DNA of 64,000 nucleotides from Felis catus. Taxonomy: Eukaryota. The DNA lies in NCBI RefSeq assembly GCF_018350175.1, contig NC_058383.1:7626001-7690000 (forward strand), given 5' to 3'. This document shows positions 25,801 to 38,949 of this stretch, in pieces. Position 1 is the stretch's first letter. The number at the start of each line of letters is the position of its first letter. A model generated the notes under the pieces. The model did no database searches, was not told the origin of the DNA, and saw only the letters and a list, made by a program, of their open reading frames with translations. The position numbers were made by a program, and so were the translations under genes.

Positions 25801-28800
25801 GGCTGGGTCAAAGTGCAAGCTGGTCTCCAGAAATTCACCCATCCCTGTTAAAGCAGAAGCCTGTAAACTGTGTTGTGTTGTTTAGCAGTTGAAAGAGACC
25901 CTAAAGGCAGCTGCCCTAAAGCATCTGGTTCCTCCCTAAGTCCCCAGACATTAAGTCTTCATAGCCTTGGGGCTGGCCCATTACCTTTGCACATCCTGGA
26001 CACAGGGGAGGGCAGCCAGAGTGCTGTAAAGACTCAATATCTAGGGAAAGCCAGTGACTGATGCTCTCTCTTTCTCCCTTCCCCCCACCTACCCGCCCTT
26101 CCCCCTTCTCTACCCTCACTGCCAGCCAGTCGGATGCTAACTGGAAGTTACAGCTTTGGTGAGTTATTCTACCCACCTCACAGCCCACCCAAGGTAGAAG
26201 CCTATCTCAGGTCCTCTGGAGCCGAGAGCTTTGAGGTCTGGAAGGACCCCTTCAAATTTAGCCATTTTACAGATGAAGCAGTTCAGTAATTTCCCTGCTG
26301 TGCAGCCCACAGCGTGGCAGAGCTCGGCCCAGAGCCCAGATTTTTCGACTCTCACTCTGCCCACATCCTTCCCACTATGCCACCACGAATTGTCTGGTTG
26401 CTTTTGTTTATTTTATTTTATTTTATTTTATTTTATTTTATTTTATTTATTTTATTTTTTGAATGGGACAAGGAGAGACAGTTTATATTGATAAAAGTTA
26501 AAATTCACAAAGACATTCTCACATTACGAACTTAAAGTACCTGACCAGGGTAGCCTTGAAAGTAATAAAGCAAAAACCGTTAGACACAGTGAAAATATAA
26601 CAAAGCAACAGAGAGGGGGCCTACAGCAGACTCACAAGATTTTAATAGATAAAGTAGATAGACAAATAAGGAAGAAAATAGGCCATTTGAGTAACACTTG
26701 AACAAGTTTGACCTAATAAATATAAGTAGAACTTTGTAATCAAAAGATAGAATTTCCAAACACAGAATCATTTTATACTTTGACCATGGACTAGGAGACA
26801 CCACATAAATTTATTTATTTATTTATTTATTTATTTATTTTTTGAGAGAGAGAGAAGGCACGAGGAGGGGAGGGGCAGAGAGAGGACAGAGAGAGAATCC
26901 CAAGCAGGCTCTGTGCCATCAACACTAAGCCTGATGCGGGGCTCGAACTTATGAACTGTGAGATCATGACCTGAGCTGAAACCAAGGGTTGGGCGTTTAA
27001 CCGACTGAGCCACCCAGGCGCCCCAACACCACATAAATTTCTAACAAATAGAAATTGTATAGGTCACATTCTATACGATAAAAGGTGTCCTAAAACAACA
27101 TATCCTGTAACAATGCTTCATGTCCTTTAAGGCATGAAACAAGGAAAAGATAATTACAATATGGAAAACAGACAAAAAGCTAACAACTATCATGTGTTTT
27201 TTAAAACTCCTATCAATAAGGAAGAATAGGATAACGAGCAAGGGAAACAAACAGAAAAAACCCGGGGGCATGAAAATGTTCCCAACCTGACTAATCAGAA
27301 AAAAATGCAAATCAGGGTAAGATAATAATTTTGCACATTATATCCACAAAAATTTTAAAGATTGATAACGGTGGGTACCATGTGGGAATATTGGCCCTTT
27401 AATCTGCTCTCAGTAAGAAGGTAAGTTGGTACAAGAATATTCAGAGTAACAAGAGGGAAGTGTTCCTGGGAATGAGAGCTCAAAAGGAAACAGCCTGTAC
27501 AAGGTGGTTATAAAATTGGTCCGTTCAGAAATGCATTCCTGTCAGAGTCAGTTGCTTTAAAAAGAGAGCTTAAAGGGTCAGCCTTTAAAAAAGGAAAGAA
27601 AGAAGGTGCCAGCCTCTTAGTCCCCTCCCTGGCTGCACCTGAGATGAACTTTTGTCCAGTGTCTGGTCATCTCAAAAAACAGACGGTCTGCAGCCAGCCA
27701 GAGCCAACCAGCCTTTCTGAGGCTCCTGCCCTTGCTAGGAGCATCCCCACATCATCTCCATGAGGAAGGCAAGATCTCCATTTTGCAACTGAGGAAACCG
27801 GCTCAAATTGGCCCGTGACTTGGCCAGAACCGAATGGCTGATGGGTGGCAGATCCCATTCACCGTGATCACACCATGATCACGAGGATGGTTCTGTGAAT
27901 GTGATATAAAGAACTATGGGGTATGAAGTAGGGAGAATTGGGTGAGTGGTGGGTGTCTTTTCTGACAAGCCTGGTTGTATTTTTATATTTCTGAGGGGGA
28001 GTATGGAGAAGGGAGGTTTCTAAAACTGCAGTTGCCCCTGAAACTGCTGGAAGGCATGTATACCAATCCAGCTGCAAGGAGTGAGGCTCTGGAGGTGTAG
28101 AAGAAGCAAACCAGAGCTCAGGTATTCCTAAGTCGGCCTCCTTTCTGAGAATGGGCCGAAAGTGCAGCATCGTGGCCGCCTGAGCAAGGGCCGGCTCTGC
28201 CCTCTAGTGTCCGCAAGGAGGCACAGCTCGGCCTCGGGACAGAAAGACAGCGCCTCCTTCAGCCTGGGAGCTCCCTGGCAGAAAGGCCCCAGAGCAGGAC
28301 TGAAGAGTCTGACCTAAGTGCTCACTCAGAAATTCCACGTACCCTGAGTCATAGCCAGGGAAAGGCCCAGGCGGCCCTGAGAATCAGAAGATTCAACCCT
28401 AGCCTGCTGGCCTCCCAGCCTTCCTGACGGTCGTGGAGTGCAGAGGACTGACACCAAGTGTTCTCAGTGGCGTGATAGCCTAGCACTTGCTCCTGTAGAA
28501 AGCCCAGGGGTTGAAGAAGAGAGTGGCCGAGGCGAGCACTGGCACTCAGGAAGCAGTCCATCCTTGGAACCTCGCAGCCGGCAGGCCCTGGGCACCTGCC
28601 TTCCCTGCTGGACTCAGCTTCTCTGATCAGAGCCGGAGATGCCCAGCGCAGGGAAGGTCCCCTTCACAAAGGGCTTTGGGAAGATACAGCCCTACCCTTT
28701 AGGGAAGGAGGAGCATGATAGCTCTGGGGGCCTCAGAAAAAAGCCCCAAACTTAGGAGAAACCAGGCTGAAGCTTGAGGGGGGCAGGGACAACACAGATT

Positions 28801-31800
28801 TGAGAATCAGCCTGGCTTTGCCGTTCCTCCCTTGCCTTATGACTTTATCTTTTCCTTTCCCTCTCATCTCTGAGGGGAAAAAGTTTCTCCCCTTGTGAAG
28901 GTTACCCTTGCGTCCTTCCCTGTCTCTACTGAGTTTTTGCCATCAGCTTTCTTATCTGAATCTCATCTCTGCTCTTTCCACTCTGCCACCATATTTCCCT
29001 TTCCGCACAAATATGCACCAAGTTGCCCAACCTACAAATGTTTCTGCAGCCTCATCCGGGCTCGGCTGCTGTCTCCCCTGCCCTCCACAGCCATATCTTT
29101 GCGAAGAGGAGCCTGTAGCCTTCACTTACCCATTTTTTTATTGTCCTATTTTCTCTTTCTCTTTTTTTACACACCTTATGATATAATATGCATACTGTTC
29201 TGCACCTTGATTTATTTTTTTAACTGAACAGTACTGCTAGATTCTTTTTTTATCAGTACACGTTTCTTTTTTTTTTTTTTCTAAGTTTATTTATTTTTGA
29301 GATAGAGACAGAGCATGAACAGGGGAGGGGCAGAGAGAGAGGGAGACACAGAATCCGAAACAAGCTGCAGGCTCTGAGCGGTCAGCACAGAGCCCAACGC
29401 GGGGCTCGAACTCACGGGCCGTGAGATCATGACCTGAGCCGAAGTCGGACGCTTAACCGACCAAGCCACCCAGGCGCCCCAGTACACGTTTCTTTATGGC
29501 AGCACAATAGTCCTGCTTATGTATATACCATAATTTATTTTAATTGGTCCCATTTTGGTGAATATTTAGGATGAATGATGACTGTTTAGTCTTTTGCTAT
29601 TAAACAGTGCTGCAGTTAATAACCCCGCATGTGTCATGTTTTACACATTTGCAACTTCTCTATCTGTAAGAAAATTCCTGGCAATGGAATTGGTCTAGTG
29701 GGGAACACAGCTGATACAGAAGTAAACAAAAATATGTCACTGCAGAGATATCAAGTGCTGTGAAGGCAAAGAATGAGGTGTTATGAGAGGAAAACCAGGC
29801 TGTAATTCAGACTGAGGTCAGGGAAGGCCTGTCTGGTTCCTTTAAGCCGGAAGAGTGAGTGGGACCACGGGTGGGGCCTTTGTTTAAGGCAGACGCAGAG
29901 TACGTGGGAAGGCTGGAGCTGAGAGTAGGGCGGAGGGAGGGGGGGCTCTTGTTCACTTGTATTTATAATCTGAACCAGCCATCACGTTTCCTTTGAGACC
30001 TTGTCTTGTTTCTGTTGACCCTGGAAATAGTTTCTTATATCAGAGGCTATGATAATACGTCACATCTGTATTATGCTTTGCAGACTTCAGAACACTTTCA
30101 CTCACCGCAGGGGGTCTTCACAGCCACCCTATGAGAAGGCAAGAAAAAATGGGCTCAGGAAAATAAGATGGTTTGCTAAGGTCACAGCAGTAGCAGGGGG
30201 TAGGACCCCAACTAGACTCCGTTTCTCCTCACTCTGCCCATCACACAGTCATTCAGCAAACAATTCCTGAGCATTGTCACGTGGCAGACACCATGGAAGT
30301 TTGTTTCCTTCGGTACTAGTCTTCCAGCACTCAGAAAAAGCAAGCCTTTTCCATCTGCAGCCTCATGTTACCATCACAGCAGCCCAGAGTGGTTGACAGG
30401 ATCCCACCATACAGCCGAGACAGGCACACAAATAAAGAGGCTTTCTCCAAATGACAGGGCCCCAGGCCTCTTCCCAAGAGATGAGATTGCTCAGGATTTC
30501 TTGGACTTGCTCCTCAGGCTGTTTTGTAAGCCTCCCATGTGATGCTTTTTCTTTTTACATGTGATGACCAGAGAGGGCAGGGGAACTTCCAGTCAGCCCT
30601 GCTCAGTGAACCCCAGCCCTGATCGAAGCTCCTGGCCTAGGGTGGCCTCCCGAGAGGGGGCGGCTCTGGTGCGAGTGGGAGCCCTTGATGATAGCTGGAG
30701 ATCTGTGTTCGGCACTGGTCTCCACATTCCAGGAGCCAGCAGCTCCGAGTGTCTGGGCCTTTCTGCCCTTCACAGCTCCTCCCCCATCCCCTCTACCTGC
30801 CCCTTCATTCCTGTGATTGATCCATAAATGGAAATGCTGGTTTGAGGAAAGGACAGACTTGTCCACATCTTGAGGAAAAAAATGGGAACCTTAAGTCAAA
30901 CTGGAGCAGCAGGGACAATGACCTGACACACACAAGAGCCGTTTTCTCTCAGCAGTGGCAGCTTTGACCGCCAGGGAGATTGAGAAAGGCTGAGTAGCAT
31001 GTGGCCTAGAATTCTCAGTGGGAGTCAGGGCCCTCTGAACCAGATGATCCAGGGGGAAATGGCTCAGAGAACCCAACCCCTCATGCCATCACTCTGCTGC
31101 TTACCCCCCGGCTCCCCCACCTCCGTCTCGTCTGCCCCTTCCATCCTGCCTCACCGAACACTCCCTGTTCTATTTCCTGTGATTGCCCAGGGAGCAGCCA
31201 CGTGACTCCATTTGGTGCCTCTCCTCTAGCACCTGCCAGTCAGCCCAACAGCCTCGCAGATATGGGCAGCCTCCTGGGGCCCGGAGTGCCAGCTGGAGGT
31301 GTCCCTAGCAGGTAGGTCCAGACCTCACAGAGTCTTAGGGAGAGCCTTGCTTTTCCCAGCCTGCTTTGCTCCTCCCGTTGGGCAGGACAGGGTTTGCCAT
31401 CTCCCGGTCCCTTGCCCAGCTTCTGTCCTTGGTCCTGGGTGCCCTGCATGCTGACTTGTCTCCCCATGTCACAGCATCTTCGGGGTGGCCGGCCAGGTCC
31501 CCACGCTCCAGTCGGCCACAGCTGGTGGAAGCAGCGGCACAGGGCTTGCCTTTGGAGGTGAGTCTTGCCTGAGGGGACCCAGAAAAGGGATCCAAGGCCG
31601 AAAGGAAACAGGGAGGAGGGTGGAGAGAGAGCACACCAGATTTAGATGAGTGCTGTCATCTCAGTAGTAACCAAATGAGAAGAGTGACCCTCTCTTTCTC
31701 CCACCTCTACCCCATGCCACCCTGAGCAGCCTCCACCAACCCTTTCACAGCGCCTGCTGCTCACCCCCAGCTGCCTCCCACCAACCCGTTCCAGCCCGAT

Positions 31801-31902
31801 GGCCTGGCCGCAGGTAAGCCCCAGGACTGTGCTGGCCCTGGCTCTCCTGGGCTTGGATTCCTCTCTCCCTTCTCTCTGTCTCTGTCTCTCTGTCTCTGTC
31901 TG

Positions 31903-31934
<32 letters not shown>

Positions 31935-33938
31935 GCGTGTGCGCGCGCGCACGCACGCACCCCACTGTTGGGAGGAGTGGAGCAGCCTCACTAGGCAGCT
32001 GTGGTAGTCCTGAAAGTCCCCCTCTTGCCCTTCACCAGGCCAGACCCCCGTATAATTTCCAGGCCACCTAGTGGGCAAAGAGCAGAAGCACCCAAGTCCC
32101 AGAATATATTTCAGAAAACAGAATCCTCCTTACCTGAGCTAGTTCTGAAGGTTTAATGACGGATGTGGCAGCCACTCTCCTTTCCTGCCCCTGGGCAGTG
32201 TCCCGCCAGGCCCCCAGCCTCTCTCCCTCCTGTGTCCCACCTGCAGCCTTGCCCCTGGTCCCGGCTCCTGTCAGCTAGTGCATCCCGCATTCCTCCCCAG
32301 CCTCAGCTTTTCTGTCTTCCAAGGCCTGCTCACCCCACCACCTGCCTTTTTGTTGTTGTCATAGCTGTTCTCAAAATCCTTGAGGCCAGGAAGACAGACT
32401 GATAACGGCTAGCAAGCTGCCCACTGCTGAGTGCTTTACACCCGTTATTTGCTTTCCACAGCAGCCCTAGGAGAGAGGAGGACTCCAGTTTTATAGTTGA
32501 GAGAACTGAGGCACACAGAGGGCTAATCATTTGCTTTAGTTGATGCAGTTTGACAGGTAGCAGAAAGCTAGCCCTGGTTCTGTGCCCCACCTGTGCCCTC
32601 CATGCCACAAGCTGTGGGTACGGGAAGAAGGCAGGTTTTGCCAGGTTGCATGGAAGTGGAAGGTTTCAGCCAGAGTACTTCTGCGGGGTACCTCTGGTTA
32701 AGGAATAACTATATCCCATGGCCCCAATTTGGAGAGATTTAGGAAGAACTGTTCTCCAGCCTGCCTTCCAGAACTTCACATGAACTTCATGTCCCTCGTT
32801 CCACAGGGCCCAGCTTTGGGATGAGCAGTGCTGGGCCTGGCTTCCCCCAGACAGTGCCACCCACCAGGGCCTTTGTCAGCACCTTCCCACCACCGCTGTT
32901 CCCCCCACAGACCTCGATGACTCAGCAACAGAATGGTAAGGGATTCAGACCATACCCTCCTCTCTTGCCCCCATTCCCCACCCCCAGGGGTGGGGTTGGG
33001 GGGGGGGGTGGCAATGAATATTAGGGATATTTGGGAGCCAGACATCTGAGCTAGTTCCCTTTTGGACCATTAGGGGGACCAGAGAAGCCACAGACCTTCC
33101 TGTGTCCTCTGACTGCTCTGTACCCTTATTCCCTGACTTTAGAAAGGCCCAGTCTTTTTTTTTTTTTTTTTTTTTTTTTAATGTTTATTTTTGAGAGAGA
33201 GAGAGAGCACAGGCAGGGGAGAGGCAGAGAGAGAGGGAGAGAGAGAGAACCCTAAGCAGGATCCTCACTGTCAGTGTAAAACCCAGCGCGGGGCTTGAAC
33301 CCACGAACTATGAGACCACGACACAAGCCGAAGTTGCATGCTCAACCAACTGAGCCACCGAGGTGCCCCTAGAAAGCCCCAGTTCTGCTGCCACTGTGTG
33401 ATGTAAAGGTGCCCACCCAGCAGGGAGGCCGGATGCGCCTGGTCAGCACCAACGTGAGGGGCAGGGTTTATGGCAGCCTAGTTTTTACTCTTGCTTCCCA
33501 GGCTCTTCCTTCAGTGACTTAGGATCAGCCAAACTGGGGCAGAGGCAACTCAGCCAGCCATCTGGGACATCCACCAACCCCTTCATGGTGAGTGCCAGCA
33601 CGGCCTCAGTGTAGAGTATGGCCTCTCTCTGAGGGCCGGGGACAGAATCCTTCTGGAACAGAGCAGTGTGGGATGGAAACCCTGCCTTGGCCAGGCAGGA
33701 GAGTGGGTTAGTCAGTGGGCTCACACCCCCTCACGTCCAACTCGCCTCCACTCACTGACTTGCCCACAACCCTCACCACAGTAATTCTAGGGAGAAAGGA
33801 ATCCTGGGCTGCATCTTTTCTGTGGCCTCCGGCTTTTCTCCCCTAATCCTCTAATTTGTGGTTGTTGTTTCTTTCCAGACTGGATCCTCATCAAGCCCGT
33901 TTGCCTCCAAACCTCCAACCACCAACCCATTTTTGTAG
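13419..33938 (+). CDS. AGFG2: ArfGAP with FG repeats 2 (HRB-like), 12 coding exons, 479 aa
   Basis: join(13419..13639,21557..21650,22520..22635,23701..23854,24436..24601,25283..25408,31191..31311,31475..31557,31730..31813,32807..32935,33502..33587,33879..33938) = 1440 nt. All introns are GT-AG with consistent phases. N-terminus MVMAAKKGPGPGGG, ArfGAP zinc finger CFEC-x16-CTTC, FG repeats, four TNPF motifs, ends PPTTNPFL*. Confidence 0.97.
17343..17555 (-). mobile_element. CAN-SINE in AGFG2 intron 1
   Basis: TSD cctagttgaag; (GA)n tract; tRNA-derived head. Confidence 0.9.
20822..21050 (+). mobile_element. CAN-SINE in AGFG2 intron 1
   Basis: Head aggggcgcctggtggctcaaccagttaa, (CT)n tract, poly-A tail. 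Confidence 0.9.
26126..26158 (+). CDS. AGFG2: 33-nt in-frame cassette microexon of AGFG2 (ASRMLTGSYSF-G)
   Basis: Polypyrimidine tract, then actgccag|CCAGTCGGATGCTAACTGGAAGTTACAGCTTTG|gtgagt. Phase 1/1 matches the flanking exon 6 and exon 7 boundaries, and there is no stop. Confidence 0.75.
26405..26460. repeat. (TTTTA)n pentanucleotide repeat
   Basis: Read directly. Confidence 0.9.
26460..27500 (+). mobile_element. Old L1 fragment containing an antisense SINE (26806-27024) in AGFG2 intron 6
   Basis: L1 endonuclease-like words (acttgaacaagtttgacctaata, catggactaggagacacc). The SINE has TSD acaccacataaattt and a (TTTA)n tail. Confidence 0.65.
29264..29480 (-). mobile_element. SINEC_Fc-type SINE in AGFG2 intron 6
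   Basis: TSD cagtacacgtttcttt. Confidence 0.92.
31865..31960. repeat. Compound (CT)/(CTCTGT)n-(CA)n-(CG)n repeat
   Basis: Read directly; about 50 nt into AGFG2 intron 9. Confidence 0.9.
33155..33369 (-). mobile_element. CAN-SINE in AGFG2 intron 10
   Basis: Poly-T, (GA)n tract, head ending ccaccgaggtgcccc. Confidence 0.9.
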
Positions 33939-34756
33939 CACTGTGTCCTGGGGGGGGGCCTCCTCCCTGCCCTCTGGGGCCCCTTTACTCCCAGGAGCTC
34001 TGGTGACCATTTGCCTGTGGCATTTTTGTGGGTCTGAGACCAGAATGGGCCTTGTTTTGTAGGGAAGGGGTCTTGGGGATGGTGGAAGTGCTAATGCTTT
34101 GCTTGGGGCTTGCAGATAAAAGGGCAGCTGCCCATCAGGTGCCCCCAGGGCTTCCTCCCATCCTCCCTCCAGCCCCAATCCAGGCAGGAGGCCCAAGAAA
34201 AGAGAAGTCAGGGCTTAGCCTAGAGGAGCGATGGCGTTTGATTTCTCAAATTATTAATTATGATGACAATAATCCTCCTGTCTTGCCCTCAGCATACATA
34301 GTGGTCCCTTCACTCCCAACCCCGTGGGCGAAGGAAGCTGTGGGCACAGACTGACCAACATACCCCTATGGGAGCAAGCCTTCCCCCGTGTCCACAACAT
34401 CCGTGCTGGTCTCCTTGTGGACAGAAGCACAGTGGGAAAAGTAGGGGCAAGGTGGAGATGAGGCGTGGTGTTGACCTAGGATGGTGATCAGACAGGCTGA
34501 GAAAGCTGTGGGCGGGGGTGGAGGTGGGGGGGGGCGGGCAGCTCAGCCTCTTCTCCCCACCCCCCACGGGGCAAGGAGGCCCTCCATGTTTTTGCTTTCC
34601 TGGCTCCCTCCCTCATCCTGGTATTCAGGATAAATAGTTTTACCTACATACTTAGACATGCCCGATTCCTGTCAAGCACTTTAGTTAGCTGTGGTGTCAT
34701 GTTTGGATACCAGTGTTTTATATTTATACATAGAGAATTTTCTAATATAGTCTATT

Positions 34757-34773
34757 ATACACACACAGAGACA

Positions 34774-34821
<48 letters not shown>
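34757..34821. repeat. (CA)n microsatellite in the presumed AGFG2 3' UTR
   Basis: Read directly. Confidence 0.95.
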
Positions 34822-34823
<2 letters not shown>

Positions 34824-37800
34824 GCCATTCTGCTCCCAGACAGCTCTTTTACATGGGGAATGGAATGAATCCCCATCTGTGCCTCGACCAGCAGAGCCGG
34901 AGCTCCAGAGGGTGGTGGGGAGGGTAGTCACAAGTCCTGACCACCTCAGAGCCTGGGCTTTTCCAGGGAAAGGCTTTGTGCAATTGGCTGGGTTTTTTCC
35001 TTTCTTTTTCCCATGTGCCTCCCCCACCCCACCACAAAATTCTCTGCACCAAAGCTGTTGCAGGCAATGTTGGAAAAGAACTGCATTTGAAAGAAAAAGG
35101 AAATGGCTCTAGCTGTCTTGCTTTGGGTCAGTTTCAGGGGCCCCAACATGGCTGCTGGGTCAGTGAAGATGACGGCTGCTGTTGGCCAGGGACTAGAATT
35201 CCTTTCTGGACATGGCTGGAGTCCCCGTGTGCAGTGGGAGTTAGGTGGCTGCAGGGAGGGGGTGATGGGGGTGGGGGGGTGCCAGTGGACAGAGGAGGAA
35301 GTGCCAGCATGGAGACAGTCTCATCCGAGTAGACCCGGTAGACCAGTGGACTACTCCCAGGTCGGTGCATCCTCAGCCCCTCTCCAGACTGTTTTCACCT
35401 GAGGATGTTATGTCAACAGCCATGGTGTCTCTGCTGTTTGTGTGGTGACAAGGTAGCCAGCGTGGGTTAAACACCTCATGTGGCAGAGGAGAGGCCCAGC
35501 ACTCAGCCTTGCTGTCAAGAGAGGTTCCTCCCTTTTCCACATTGCACAGGGACTCTGGCCCTGCAGCTGTTCATTCTTGGGATTCACTGGATCTTTCTAC
35601 CCAATGTCCTTTAACAGCAGAACAGCAAGGAGAGATGGAGACTGTGTTATCACTTTATTTACTTTGAGGACTTTTCTGGAAATATTTCCAGCTGCTGCTA
35701 TTCACCCAGCCAGGCATGGCCTCCCCACCTTTGCAAGGCTCAGAACCCATCCTGTCTTGGGTCTGTGTTCCCACTCTCCCAGCCCCTTCTCTCCTTCCAT
35801 TGCCTGGTGGCTCTCCCAGCGTGGACCACCATCCCTTTTCCCTGGGTTTTTCATGTTCTGTCCCCTTCTCCCAGTGTTTTTCTCTGTCCCCCTTGATTAC
35901 CCCTCTGTCCCTGTCCTTGTTTCCCATTTTCTCTGCTTAGAACCAGGAAGGGAGGAAGCTGGTCTGTTGCATGGTAGGAGGAGGAGCCTTTTCTTATTTT
36001 TCCCCAGCCACCCCCAACCCCCTTTCCTAACCAAAAGCACTGAGGTTTGGAGGTGACATTGAAAGGGCCTGTGCTGTTTCAGTCACACTCCTATAGTTTC
36101 TCAAGGGTCTCCTTACTGCCTGGTGCCTGGGCCCCAGGACCTCCCTGCAGTCCCCCTCCCCACATCCCGGGCACTCTGTCCAACATGGACTCCAGCCAGC
36201 TCACTGGCCACGGCAGGGTGACCAATCAGAGAAGTTACACTGGGTCAGCCTTCAACCCCAGGACAGAACACTCGAGTTCCCTGGGCACAGGCCAAGACTA
36301 GGACCGCAGCTGCCTCTCTTGGCGCAGAGCAGCCACCGTGCTGCCTCCGTGGGGCCTCCTGTGTCCAGGCGAGCAGCAAAGAATGGAAAAATCCCTGGCC
36401 TAACAGAAAATGTCTAAATGACTGGGCTGTGTTCCTCCTACCTCACCCCCCCCCCCCCAGGACGCACTTACACGGCCCTGCCTGGGGGGTTACAAATCTG
36501 AACCCCATTGCAGGCACACCATGGAGCTCACCCAGGCTCCCTCCGGGCTTCTGACCAAGTCCTCATGTCCCTCTGGCCAGTGCTGTGATCACACTCTGCA
36601 GACAACAGTCCTCTGGCTTGGCCGCAGCCTTCAGCAGGTCACACGCCCCTGTGGGTGAGGAAGCAGGAGCCAGTCCCCAGGATGGCTGTGAAAACTCCAT
36701 TCCTTCCAGACTGGAGCTTGGGAGCCATGGTGAGGGAAGGCTGAAGGCAGGAGATGGCGGTGTCCCTGCATCCCTCCTCCACAGAGGGGGAAGAACTCCA
36801 GATGGGGGAGAAAGGGGCTGATAGGAACAGCCCAGCCTTAGGACCCCATTCTCCCTGTAGGCTCCTCTCGCTGGTAACAAGATTCTTCCACAGGGATTTA
36901 GAATGTGGAGATCCCATCCTGCCGCTACCCTGCACCCAGCACCCAGCAGAGGGATGCACAGGTAGACCCCTCAGGTTGGGAGAGGTGTTCTCACCCAGCG
37001 GGGTTGAGGTTCTGCCACTTCCTGTCCCTGGGGAGCAAGTGGAGTTACCAGGGCAACAGGCTAACAAGATCTTGTCTGGGGAGGGCCAAGGGCAATGTTG
37101 TTGCTAAGGCAACTGATGAGGCCAGTTGTTTGGCTCCAGGCTTTTCCTGGTAGCCAGCAGGCTAAATCGCCTGGCCCTGATTACCACCCCACATCATCAC
37201 TGTTGCCCAGAACCCAGGTACTCAAATCCCTGCTGCTTTCTGCTCTATCTGTACCCAGCACTTAGGGGTTCAGTGACACAAGGTGGTCTGGAGCTGGTCT
37301 CTGACAGCAGCTGTGAGTTCACAAGGACTGGGGTGCTTCACGGTGGCCTGGTTGATGCGGAGTGGAAGGAGTAGGGATGAAGAGGCCCTCTGTGGATAGC
37401 TTGAAATCAAGCCTGGAGAGTAAGGCTCCAGGCCAGGAGCACAGCAAGTCCGTAGGCCCTATGGGTGCCCTGTTCCTCAAAGCAGCACTGGGAGGGGGAG
37501 GGACCTGCAGATCTCTTTTGTGTCCTTGCTACTTTGCACCTGGTACATGTGTCAAGGCCACACTGGAGACAATGGCTTTGAGCACAATTCTGTTTGGGGG
37601 GCCACTTATGGAGCCATCACATACCTGCCTCTCCCTGGCCAATACCCACCAAAAGTAGTGGCTGCCACTGGCCCCAGTGCTCACATGCTCTCTGCACCTC
37701 TCCTGCACTTGGTGGGGGGGGGGGGGGTATGGCTGAGCCAGAGGCTCAGGGGGGCCTGGGCACCACCTGCCTCTAGCCAGATGGCCATCCTCATGATGAC

Positions 37801-38949
37801 GGTTGGCTCCCTGCATTTCATCCTCAACATGATGGTGAAAAGATATTTGAGGATCCTAGCTTCCACACAGTGCACCATTGGCTTCTCCAGCATTCCAGAA
37901 GAATCTGGGGAGTGGAGAAGCATGGGTGGGAAGACCTGCCCTCCCAGCTCAGGCTGTCATGGCCTATGGACTAGTCTGAGAAAATGAACAGGCTTCCCTT
38001 GCTTCAGTGTTCTTGCTATATCTTCTTCCCTACCTAATAGCTCTCCTCCCCATATGCCATCTACCCCCTCCATATGTCATCTTTAATAGGGTTAAGACTC
38101 AGTTGCCCACATCCCTTCCTCGACCCTTGGCTCCCCCCACCCTACCCCCACCCTTAGCTATCTTACTTGCTATGAGAATGATAGCACAAAGTCCTCAAAG
38201 GCTCCCACCCACGTGTCATCTTCTGGTGGTGTGTCTTCTAGAGTGTGTGGTGACCAGCGCCATCACCCCAGCAGGAGTCATGATCCTTGAAAGGGTCAGA
38301 AGTGGGATGTAAAATGTCTGAACCCCAACTCCATCTCAAATCTCTTAGGATGGGGTTCCCCCACCAGAGAGTCTGCACCTCTGATCAAAGCCTTCAGCTG
38401 GCCCATGGTAGCATTTGGGGACAGTGGTGGTGAGAAGGGGCTGAGGGCAGCGGGAGGGCAGTGCCCCAGAGAGAGGGTGTCTTCTTCCCTGGGTTCTCCT
38501 TCAGTGTCCCCTTGACTGGAATTCTGGTGGAATGGTCTGTGCACAGAGACCAATCCAAAAGTCTTCTCTGAAGACCCCTCCTATCACCCTAAACCCAGAG
38601 AGAAACTGAACTCCAGCTCTTCTGAAATCAGCACAGCCCAATGATTGGTGGCCCTGGCTCCTAGGCTGGCTTGGGAAGGAAGGGTACAGAACCATTCCTG
38701 GGTGGGAACGGAGGACACAGGTTTTGGACGCCTAGAGCCCCAGTAGCCAGTGGCAGGAGCAAAAGGCAGTGCTGCAGTAAGGGCGGTCCCCTAATCTCCA
38801 GGACTGCAGACTCCTGCGCCTTTGCCTCTGACACAGTTCCACTCACATTTGCCTCACTTCGGTCGTTCGTCGCTTCCTTGGCAGTCAGCTCGGATTTGTA
38901 GAGACGCCCACACACTCCCCGCCCCTGCAACCCCAGCCCAAGGGTGGTT

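Noticed and set aside
32960-33011. G-run (G4-like) preceded by a complementary C-rich stretch in AGFG2 intron 10
   Set aside because: G and C runs are very common throughout this GC-rich locus, and nothing singles this one out.
37520-37987. 155-aa + ORF with a hydrophobic stretch (QMAILMMTVGSLHFILNMMV) between AGFG2 and IRS3
   Set aside because: TTG start, no recognisable family, and no supporting exon chain. A tBLASTn/PhyloCSF check would be needed to revive it.
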